Of a stretch of DNA of 64,000 nt, positions 26,601 through 38,600 are shown piece after piece. Source of the stretch: Ascidiella aspersa (lineage: Eukaryota); the NCBI GenBank assembly GCA_963924565.1, contig OZ004610.1, forward strand, positions 9,982,001 to 10,046,000, in the 5' to 3' direction. Within the stretch, counting starts at the first letter, position 1. The number at the start of each line of letters is the position of its first letter. The translations under genes and the position numbers were made by a program. Under the pieces are notes generated by a model. It had not been told where the DNA came from. It saw nothing but the letters and a program-made list of their open reading frames with translations, and searched no databases.

Positions 26601-29600
26601 GTTTAGTCGTTTAACGCCCACAGAAAATAATGGTAATTAACAAATTACAACAGTTAACGAGTTAAGACACTAATTTGTGACACGAACTGCAAATGTGTGC
26701 AACCGTTTAGTTAGCGCTAGTGTAGTGATGTAATAATAATGTTATTTATGTCGTAGTGATAAACTAGTTGCGCTTTCCTAAGGTGATATATAACGCGCGC
26801 GTTAAATTGTTTGGCGTTCCCTGAAAATCATCTCGCGTGCCCGGGGTTGCCGACCCCTGACCTATGTCCTATCTAAAATATTCTCTTATATGGGCCGAAT
26901 AAAATACTGTTACATTATAGTTTATGGACGTAAAAAAAAGTTTCTACATTTGTGTTTCCAGCTTTTCACCTCTATTTTAAGCAATATTTGTCGTTTTTTG
27001 CAGGCGATTTTAAGTATTTTGCAAACTGCAGTTTATAGAAACTACGCACCATATTGTAGTGGCAAGCTTGTATTCGGTCAGCGTGTTCTGATGAATGTAA
27101 GTAGTTGCCACGTGCGCGACACGCAAACACAAAACACACGAAAAAGGCAAATGCGAACACGTACATAAAAAGGCATAAGACACGCTTCGCTTAACATGCT
27201 GCAGGGGCTACATTACTCCCCCCCAGAAGCGGGTTAAAATTTTTACGTGGCCGACCTCGTCTTCTGGGAACGTGCAGTTGCACTGGTTGCGTTGGGTCTA
27301 CATAAGCAGGTTTAAGGCGATCAACAGAGATAGTTTGTCGCTGTCCCGCAATGTCTACAACAAAATACTTAGCGTGGCGTTCGAAAACTTTATAAGGGCC
27401 CTCATAAGGAGGATTTAAAGGGGGGCGGTAACCATCTTTGCGAACAAAAACATATGCACAACTTAACAAGACACGCGGAACATCAATGATAACATTACGA
27501 TGCTTTGACATTGGCGTGGGGAGAAAGTTACCAATTGAGTTTCGAAGCGTTTGAAGAAACTCTGTCGGCTCACCCAAGTTAGTTGCGTGAGGGATAAAAT
27601 CCCCAGGCAGGGAAATAGTTGTTCCATAGACCAACTCCGCGCTTGATGCTTTTAAATCTTCTTTTGGCGTAGCCCGAATTCCTAATAGAACCCAGGGCAA
27701 TTCGTCTATCCAGTTTGCTGCCTGCATTCGTGCCATTAAAACGCTTTTCAAATGCCGATGAAAGCGTTCGACGAGACCGTTGGCTTGGGGATGGTAAGCT
27801 GTAGTGCATCTATGCTTAATTCCAATAAGTTGAGTGACTTTAGCCCACAGCTGCGACGTAAATTGTGGCCCTCTATCGGAGGACATTTCCGAAGGAACGC
27901 CAAAGCGGGCAATCCAATGAAATGCAAATGCACGTGCACACGTTTCTGTTGTAGCGTCAGGCATTGGGACTGCTTCCGGCCACCTGGAAAATCGATCTAC
28001 AATTGTTAGCAAATACCTGTTGCCTTTCGATGTGGGTAGAGGTCCAACGATATCCACGTTGATATGTTGAAATCGAGCTGTTGGAATGGGATAGGTCTCC
28101 AATGGTGAATGAACATGGCGTTGAACTTTTGCTGTTTGACACTTGATGCATTGTCGGCTCCATTCCTGTATTTCTTTGTTTAAGCCATGCCAAACAAACT
28201 TAGATGCTATGAGCTTTTGAGTTGCACGAATAGACGGATGGGCTAGACCGTGAACTGCGTCAAAAACTTTTTTTCGCCAAGTTTTTGGTATAATAGGCCG
28301 TGGACTACCTGTTGAAATGTCACACAAAATAGTTACACTGGACGATCCAATACAAATATCTTCGAGTTTTAATTTTGAAATAGCGGTACGGTAGGCTTGC
28401 ACTTCCGGATCCTGCTGTGCTGCTGCTAACTGAAAGTAATCAATGTCAATTAGGTCCTGCTGAACCGAATTAAGAAATACACGAGAAAGTGCATCTGCGA
28501 CCACATTTTGCTTACCTTCTACATGTCTGACGTCTGTAGTATATTCGGAGATCGCAGTAAGGTGGCGTTGTTGTCTCGCAGACCAAGGATCAGCAACTTT
28601 TTTGAAAGCAAAGGTGAGAGGCTTATGATCGGTGTACGCTGTAAATGCTCTTCCTTCGAGAAAGTAGCGAAAATGTCTGACGGACAGGTGCAACGCAAGG
28701 AGTTCACGATCGAACGCACTGAATCGAGTTTCGGCTGGTCGTAAATGCCTGCTAAAAAATGCAAGTGGCATCCACGTATTGTGAATGTATTGTTCGAGAA
28801 CTGCCCCGACAGCTGTTTCGGATGCGTCGACTGTCAAGGCGGTTGGAGCCTGGTGCTGCGGATGAACCAGCGTAGTGGCATGCTCCAGTGCTGCTTTTGC
28901 TTTGTTGAAAGCACTCTGTAGTTCATCAGTCCAAACTAGTGTCTTGCTTTTTGTAGACAATGCTTTGTATATCGGGGACATTATTCGTGCGGCAGCTGGA
29001 ATAAATCTGTGGTAAAAATTGACCATACCTGCAAATTCTTGTAGTGCTTTAAGTGTTGTTGGTTTTGGAAAGCGACGGATTGTTAAAACTTTGTCTGGAA
29101 GTGGTCTTGCTCCATTGCAGTCGACGCGATGACCAAGGAAATCAATTGTAGACTTTCCAAACGAGCACTTGTTTAGGTTAATAACAAGTCCGTTATCTGC
29201 AAGTCTTTGAAAAATTTGTTTGAGGTGTACGAGGTGCTGCTTTATTGACTTACTGGCAACTAGAATGTCGTCTAGATAAACGAATGCAAAATCAAGCGTT
29301 TGACAAACTGTATCCATAAGGCGTTGGAACGCTTGTGCGGCGTTTTTTAACCCAAACGGCATACGTAGAAATTCAAACAAACCAAAAGGTGTGATCACCG
29401 CAGTTTTTGCTATATCTGCTTTGGCAACCGGTACTTGATGATAACCTCTTACCAAATCAATTTTAGAAAATACTTTTGCTCCCGCTAAACGTGCGGAGAA
29501 ATCCTGAATATGCGGTATAGCATACCTGTCAGGTTGGGTAGCTGCATTCAATCGCCTGTAATCGCCGCAAGGTCTCCAGTCGCCAGATGACTTTGGAACC

Positions 29601-32600
29601 ATATGAAGTGGTGACGACCATGGACTAGATGATCTCCTGATTATTCCTAATTCCATCATTTTCCGAAATTCGTCCTTTGCTATTTGCAACTTTTCCGGAG
29701 ATAACCGTCTTGCTCTTGCGTGCACTGGCGGGCCTGTTGTTGGAATGAAGTGTTCCACTTGGTGCTTTGGAGCCACGCTGAATAGTGTTGGCGTTGTGAT
29801 GTTTGGAAACTTTTCCAAAAGCTTTCTGTACACGTTGTTGCCCGAAACCAGCGTGTTTAACTGCGGCGCGCTTTGCTTTGCGTTGCTGATTGGAATGCTG
29901 GCAAATGATTTAGCATTCAGCAGGCAATTGTGCCGGAGGTCTACTAAGAGAGAATGCGCTCTCAAGAAATCTGCGCCTAAAAGAGGCTTTGCTACAGCGG
30001 CTACAGTAAAGCGCCAGCAAAATTTACCAGATGCCAGATCTAAACATATGTTTCTCGTTCCATATGTATTTATGTTACTTCCGTTGGCTGCGATAAGTTT
30101 GGGGCCGCTGGATTGCTTCCGTTTTTGAAGAGATGAGGCAGGGTAAACGCTGATTTCCGCTCCTGTGTCGATCAAAAAGTTTCTTGCGGATATTTTGTCC
30201 CATACGTAAAACAAATTCCCTCTTTTGCCGACCGCTGAAGCATTTAGTAGCGGCCGGCTGTGTCGTTTCCCTGAAACGAACAAGGTTGCTGACATTTCCT
30301 CGCTTTGTCTTTAAACCTTTCGTGGAAGAAACACAAACCAACGGATTCGTTCCTTTGTATTTTTGTCTTCTTCTTGATTTTTGCGATAGTAAACTGCTGA
30401 TCATCATTTCGCGCTTGCCACAACATGTCAGCACGTTGAGCCAGAAAGCGAGGATCTTCGAAACTTTCTTTTACCAAAACAACACGAATGTCTTCTGGCA
30501 TAGTTTGCAGAAAGAGGTATCGGAAAAGAAAGCATGGCACATGTCCAGCCATAAGCGAGAGCATTTCGTCCATCAGCTGCGACGGCTTGCGATCTCCAAG
30601 CTCAGTTATGTGCAAAAGCTTTGCTGCTCGTTCATACTCGGAGAGGCTGAATGTGCTCAGTAATCGCTCCTTTATTGCGTTGTACTTGTTCCTTTCTGGT
30701 GGATCTTCCAATAAATCGATCAGTCTACTTGCGGTATGCTGGTCCAAGGCAGATATGACGTGGAAGTACTTAGTTTCATCGCACGTAATTTTTCTTAAGT
30801 GAAATTGCGCTTCAGACTGTTGAAACCATACTCGAGGTTGCTCGACCCAAAACGTCGGAAGCTTCAGAGAAACGGCGCTTTGCATGCTTGAATCTTGATT
30901 TTCAACCATTAAACTCGTCTATAGCCAAGAAATTTCGTTTCTTGGACCGGGGTCACCAAATGTAGTGGCAAGCTTGTATTCGGTCAGCGTGTTCTGATGA
31001 ATGTAAGTAGTTGCCACGTGCGCGACACGCAAACACAAAACACACGAAAAAGGCAAATGCGAACACGTACATAAAAAGGCATAAGACACGCTTCGCTTAA
31101 CATGCTGCAGGGGCTACAATATATTTTTTTAAATATTTTTGCGAGTTTTCTTGCTTGTCAATTTTCACGTCCTGTGTTTGCGATTTGCAGACTTAAATGA
31201 GTGCATAGAAATGGACTCCTGTCCTACTAACTTTGAGTGCGTAAACAACGAAGGAAGTTATGTTTGCCAGTGCTTCGAAGGATTTGAACTGAATGTAGTT
31301 ACAGACGAATGTGAAGGTAGCATTTCTTTTTATTTTTGTCTTTAAATGGTTTACTAACAATATATTATTTCTAAATGAAGTGCAAATGTTTTGGCATTGT
31401 GAATCGTAAAATAACGTCTCAACAGCTGTTGCATATATAGTTTACTGTTAATATCAGCGATATATAGTGTTACAATACTTTGAACTTAACCATACTATAG
31501 CCAGCCGACGAAAAAATATATGTCGTTAAGAAAAGCAAATATAAATACATTTTACATAATTTTAAAATACTTTTGATTTATAACCTATTTTTTCCCTTTT
31601 TAGCAACGGATTACTGCGCGATTTTGGGATTGATGCAAAACACGCTTACGCCGTTGTTTCAAAACCTGAATAATGGCCTGGTTTCCGAGGACGTTTTGAC
31701 GGTAAGCTATTTCAAATTGGTAAAATGATGATCAACATATGAACAAACAATAAGTTGGCAGCATCTAAAAAATGAGATACATTTTTTATAATGACTATTT
31801 TGATGGTTAGAGCGAAGTTTTCACATGTGACATTGCACCAAGTATTATTTTGAAATAATTTCACCAAAAAAAAAAAAATTGGTCAGTTGTATGGCCTTTT
31901 TCGCGACCTTTGGATGTTTTGTCGATTTGCGCAACTCGTAGGCGGAGACCTTGACATTACGTCATGGATGGTCGGACAAATCGAACCTGTGAAAATCATT
32001 TTTGCGCAGGCGAAGATTGACGAGTTTAAAACTTGGGTTACACCGATGAACGTGGTCTCCGACTCCAGCAACTCGCTGTTGTCGCTTTACCCTTCGGTCA
32101 ACTCGACTATCATCACTGATTTGGTGGACTACCTTGCTTGCGATTTCTCGGCGACATGCGTAGATAGCCTTTGCACTTGCAAGTCAGGCTTCGACGGAGA
32201 TGGCTACGATTGCTACGGTGAGGTTTTCCGCAGACAGATTACGATTTTGTGACCCAGTAGTGCAGTGGTTCTTTCACCTTTTTATGGCTTACCCTCAGAT
32301 ATATGAAATAAAAGATTTTTCTGTAGGTAAATCACTAGAATGTCACTATAAACGGAACTGGAACAACACACATCAACTCTTCATCACGTAGGAAGTTATA
32401 AATGGATTTATTCCACTCTAATCTTACACTAAAAGAGTTAAGCAAAAATCAGATTCTTAAAGATTCTCAAATATGGTCTTATGGCGAATGCAATTTTAAT
32501 AAAACTAAACCAGTGTAGGTTATTTTTAAGAAAATGCCTTTAAAAGTGTGATGAACAATGAAGGTTGCCCGCATATCATGCAGCATTGCCTTGATGAAAC

Positions 32601-35600
32601 ACAACCTGCCATTAACGAGTATAAATTAATACAGCATTTTTTTATTTTGCTTATTCCACGCCATAAAGATGTTGACGAGTGCAGTTTGGGGACGCATAGT
32701 TGCGCCGACAACGCGAACTGTTTGAACAATATTGGGTCATTTCACTGCTATTGTAAAAAGGGCTACTTCGGGACCGGACAAGTGGGATATTGCAACGGTA
32801 AGTGCATTTGTTTTCCATCATTTCAACCCTTGCCTGCCAGATTCAAGTTGAAAATACTTGCCCGTTTAGGCACGCATTTCAGGAGTTGCTTATAACAAAA
32901 AGTTAATAGAATTGCTTGATTTTCTATTGAATCAGGTGCGGTTACAGGATTTTTTTTGGATGTGGCCACTTCATAATTCTGGTTAAAGTTTAAGGTTCCA
33001 AAGGTGATTTTTTTATACAAAAGCTACATTTTCAAGCAATGAGAAAAAATTCTTTTAATCGCTTCACGAGTCAAATTTTGAATTTTGGAGGGTGCGAGAG
33101 GTCGCAGGACGCCTTTGGGCTAAAACTATAACAAAAAAACAAAAAAGGTTATATATACATATTAGAAACACAATTCACACTAGCGGGGATCGCAAATTTT
33201 TGTTCTACTTATGTATACGGTAGTTAAAATGGGCAAAATAATCCAGTTTTTTATTTTTTATTATTTTTAAAGGGATGGGGAGAATGGCCACGTATCCCCT
33301 GGACCGGCCCTTGATAGCTATATAGTCTGGGCAGTATTTATATTTATGTACCGCATATCATATGCTAGAATAATGGCGGGCGGGGTATAGGCCTATTTAT
33401 TTCATATCACAAAAAATACTGACTCTGATTACTTGCCAAAACAGTTAAATTTTTTTTTTATTTGTTTCTATTAAAAGTTCACAAGCGTCCTTTTTTTGCA
33501 ATATATATATATTTGTATTATAAAAAAGCAATTGAACAGCTTCTCAAATAACCACAACCTGTTAATCATGTCATTTTAATTGGCTTTATGTTTGCCAGAT
33601 GTGGACGAGATGTTCGTCGTTAAGTTTGCGCAGGCTAATGTTATATTCAATGCCCAGCTGCCCTACTTCATCAATCTTGCAATCAACGACTCCCGACCTG
33701 CAGGTAAAAAGTTCAAAACTTCACCTTTTTAACCAAACATATTGGTCAAACAAAAATGAACAGTATTTGTTGATAGCCGCTGTCTAAACCTGGAAAGCAG
33801 GCGGTACTTTTTAACGATAAATTGTATAGCAAAGTTGATAATTTTCCTAAATTTTAGCTTCACTTTGTTTCTGTGGTGACTACCAATAAACTTTAGAACG
33901 CAATACACGGGCTTTCTCAGTCCTTTTTGTCATTTTAATATTGACAAATTTTCGCACAACCAAAAGGTAATACAATTAGTCTGTGAAAAGTGCAATCTTA
34001 TTTCCAGTTTTAAAATTACTGTAGTCCAATCTCCTGCAGGTCGACAAAGATTTATACTTGTTTGAAATCAAATGCTTTGCACTAATACCCAACGGCGTGA
34101 TGATATAAATTTTATAATCCTAAACCAGTGGCTCTTGAACTTTTTTTACCGCGGACCCCTAATTTTTTTTCGCATGGCGTGGACCAGGAAAGGCAAGAAA
34201 TCTTTAGAGGTGACGTCATGCATTGACGTCACAATACAAAAAGACTTCATAAGTCTTCTGTTTTCGGTCCAAAGAACGTGAAAGTAAAATGGGCTTGAAA
34301 TGCACAAAAGTTTTATTTGCATTTAAACTCATTTCGTTGAAAAATTGATTGCTTTTTAAACTTACACCTATATTTAAATTCGGCCCTCATGGACCCCCTA
34401 AAACTAGCTTTGTACCCCAAGGGGTCCAATCCAAATTTAAGAAGCCTCGATCTAAACGTCAGCAATTTTTCCTCGTATATTATGCTCTATAGGATGCCCG
34501 ACTGAACTAAAGAGCTTTTTGTTGGCATAGTGATACAAAAGCGGCTGGTTGCTTTGTGTGTTAACTTATTTAAAAACAGTTGTATGTAATTTATAATAAA
34601 ACAGAAAACTAAGTAAAAAAATCAACTTTTTGGGCGTTCATTGACGAACTATTAGGCTACTTTTCCGTCAGCAATGTTGCCACACGTCCGTCCATGTTAT
34701 TCGTTATATTACAGTTAGCTGAAAGAGCCACTAAGAATAATAAAATTAATGACTTTCTATGCAAGTGGACAGTTAAAGCTCAGTACAAGTAACCCCGAAT
34801 CCCCAGCTGTACTTTAATTCTCCCGGCTAAATCGTCGCTTTCTGAAATGTGTTTTATCTCGCCTCTTTGGTTCTTTATCATGAAAAAAAAATCATGAAAA
34901 GTTAACTTGTCTGAATGTCTGGCCTTTGTGCGCACAGGCGTTTGCGCCGGCGGTCTCCAAGCTAGCGACTGCGGCAGCTCGTGTCCGGCCACGTGCGACA
35001 ATCCCTCCCCGATGTGCATGGCCGTGTGCGTGCCAGATTCCTGCGACTGTCCTTCAGGCACCGTTAAAACCCACGCCTATTCGACGATATGCGTCGCTCA
35101 GGTTGGTTAGATGAAAGCGGTCTGGTCCATTCGCCGGTTGACCGCCGTGAAATGCCTGCTACGATAGGATGTCCGATATTATTAGATCGGAGCCGATACC
35201 CGATGCCAGGTGTTAGCATCGCCACTTGTCCGATACCGGTACTAAGGTGGTGTCAGTGGCTATCTGATACCAAATCATTATAGTAATTTCAGTATGATTT
35301 GCGATCCATAGTCGCGTTTTAGAAAAGTTGGGTAACTTATCAAAAAATAGTAGGTTTACCACAACTGTAGGTAATTGAACTTCGTTACACTAAAGCATAT
35401 TTGGGCTTTATAATCTGGACAAAATTTATTTGAAACGTTACTCGTTTGCCATAATTATGGCGTCATTTAGTATCGGGTCGAATCGCGATACTGGTTGTTG
35501 AAAATATCTGGCATCTCTATCGGAAAGAAAAGTTAAGTATCGGATATCCCTATATATAGTATTTCTAATTAAGGTAATAGATTAGGAGTTGACATTGCAA

Positions 35601-38600
35601 TGTGAACGTCATTTCAAAATCACATATACCTATAGTCCTATACTGACCCAAATATTTATTAACAAAACATGCAAAATAGACAATGAGGCATTTTTTCATT
35701 TCAATTTTGTTTTTTATAACTTACTGATTGTGATGTATAAATACGGAAAATTTCAGGAATTATGTGCTGACGTCGACAATTCGGTCGTCAATCCAACTGC
35801 GGATTTGCAATTCAATGGTAAATTAAATCAGTTTGAATTATAGGCCTACTTGGTTAATTAACATAAATATAAAACTGTTTTTTTTTTCAAATATGTATAT
35901 CTTTATTTTTAACATTGTTTACAATCTGTACCTAGCGTCAAGTGTAATCTGTAGCTAACTTAGAAACTCAAACAATAGGTTGCATTAAAACTTTAAAATG
36001 TTAGCCATTATACGATAGTATATACTTGTATCAATAGGCGAACCATTTTTATTTTTAGATGTTTCGCTAAAATCTTGGTTAAACTGTATTGTTTCGGATT
36101 TACCATTACGGGACGAATGGAATTATACTTTCATGTATCCGGATTTCGTGGCTGAATTATTTGTGTGAGTATTCATTTTGTTTCCACTCACTTAATGTTT
36201 TTTTTTTCCAAAACCAATTAGTGAAAAAAGTGTTGCAAAATAGGTAAGGGTTGTAGGCCTTGGTGGGAATATAACCTTCCGTGACACAGGCGCAAGACCA
36301 CTGACCGGTGTTCCCTCTAAGGTGCGCAACTGCACAATTGCAACTAAAATATCTTCACTTAATACATGTTTCGTATTTTTTTGTCTATCTAATCGTTTTT
36401 CACCATCCATGTTGTGTTTTTTTTTTATCTTACGTAGAATGAAATGTCTACCCAGGAAAAACAAGCTAACAGGGAAAAAAGGATTTTAGAAGAGCGCTGA
36501 ACACAGCAGTGGAGTGTTTAACTCTAATTCGGGATCATGAAACCGGAATGCGTTTGCATGTATAGCTGCGGGGACAATGGCTCTTACAAAATTATATTTA
36601 TATAAATATATATGTATATAGCTGCGGACCCCCGGTTGAGAACTATGATTATAAACATTATGTAGTTAATTACAGTAGAACATAGTCTCAAACTCAAAGC
36701 TCTCTGAGGGACAATTGGAAACATGTGGATTGGCCCATTGGCCGCAATCACTCGATCAGGGCGGTGCAATATTGTCATAACCTTGAGCTATTTCGGTATA
36801 TCTTTCGCGGTAAAAGGCCAGTAAACAGGACTTTGGAGCAGGCGTAAACGTTATAAAGCCACGGCTCCAGCTCCGGAGCTCTTTTTTATCATAGGTTAGC
36901 TCCAGCTCCTGAGCTTATTGATTCATCTGCTCCGGCTCTATTACGTCAAAACTAAGGTTTTAAGATAACCGCTTAATTTGCAATATCTAGCGTTTTAAAA
37001 TAATCACAAACAAAACACCACAATAAAAAAAACGAAGAAAACACCACAATGGTTAGTTAGAAAAGGTGGCGCCGAAGAAGCAACAATTGTGAAGGGTTGC
37101 TGTTAAATTACGTGAATTCAGCCATTAGTAGTAGCACAACATCTTATAAAATTTATGGGAGCCGGAGTTATTTTTAAACAACTGCTCCAGCTCCAATTGA
37201 ATTTCACTCCGGCTCTACAACGAAATAGAACAATATATAATAGATTTATAGGTCAATAAACGAGAAAACACAGTAAATAAAACACCTCGATAAGACGTTC
37301 AAATTAAACACAGATGCATTCTCATTGTTCTATAGGAAAACTGAAAAAGGTGGCACTAAGAATTGCCGCTTATTTGAAACCCCTGTACTACAAATAATGG
37401 TAAATGCCTGAGGCCCTTTAAATGCTCTGTTAATTGTTTACTGTGGTAGGGTCATAAGTATTTTGAGCCACCAAGCGAATTAAATTTAGAACACGACTGA
37501 ATATTATTTCCGACAGGCCGTGAAATACGATATGTTGACATTTTCGATAATTTTGGCAAAAAAAAATTCTATTTATAACTTTAAAATGTGATGTTTTTCT
37601 GCAAACCAAGATAAACCGTAATTTTAATTTGTCGTAAAATTTGACCTATTTTTCAGGGCACAAGCATATGAATGCATTGAATTTCCCAATCCGGTGGACA
37701 ACACCGTTAGATTTCATTTCGTCACTTTAAAATCGATCATTGACGCTTTCGTCCAAACAATTGAAAACGGCGATTACACCACTGAAGATTTGGATACTGA
37801 GGTAAATCAGTGTTTTTGCCTTTTCGTATTGTCTACGTGTTTGTTATATAATCAGGAGAAAATATATCTATAGCATGTTTGATGTAAAAAGCTTAATCTG
37901 TATCTGTAGATGTAGATGTGCATCTATAGGTATGTGTATGTTGTAAATGTGTATTTCGGGCCACATGGATTCGTTCGCTAATTTACCGAATCAAATATTT
38001 TTCTTAGCTTACTTCTGTCGTAACACCTGCATGCGTCGATGATGAGTTCGGAGGTAGGTGATTTCTTAAACTTTAAATTGTTTAAACCAAATAGAAAGGG
38101 ACAATATAAAATGTTTCACTTACAGATTAATTTCCCCCTTTTTTATATTAAAATAGTTGCCCCTGTGATAGTATTAAACCTTTTTTTTTGGAAGACTTCT
38201 TCTGTCCTGATACATCATCAAGCATCGCACAAGTTCTTGACGAATTTTTGCCTTGTGTTTCGTACCGCCTAAAAAACTCTCCATTAACGGTAAGTGAAAG
38301 AGTATTTTTTTTACATTCTATTTAGATAAGTGTTGCCCACCATTTTAATAGATTTTTATAACATGAGATATTAAATATGTCATACTAAAAATGTTAATGG
38401 ATTTAATACAACGTTGTGTATACCTTCTCAATTGACTAATACACTCTGTATTAGAATTACCAAACACTTCACTATATAAAGCAAACAAAGCATATAGGCC
38501 TACAACAGGTTCACCTTTTTATGCTTATGAGAGACTCTTTTTAAGCTCCCACTATACTAATTGTTAAGTGCTAATCTGTTCTGCAGATTCTAACAACAAA

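Larger units (their letters stand above)
27055..31118 (-). mobile_element. Intact Ty3/Gypsy LTR retrotransposon, CsRn1-like clade, 4064 bp, in an intron of the multi-EGF gene (antisense)
   Basis: Two 158-bp LTRs with TG...CA ends; 4-bp TSD ATAT (27051-27054, 31119-31122); PBS TGGTGACCCCG next to the 5' LTR; PPT GGGGGGGAGTAA before the 3' LTR; gag and pol ORFs intact. Confidence 0.97.

Noticed and set aside
29745-30802. Several plus-strand ORFs of 104-159 aa
   Set aside because: Antisense to retrotransposon gag/pol; no independent coding evidence
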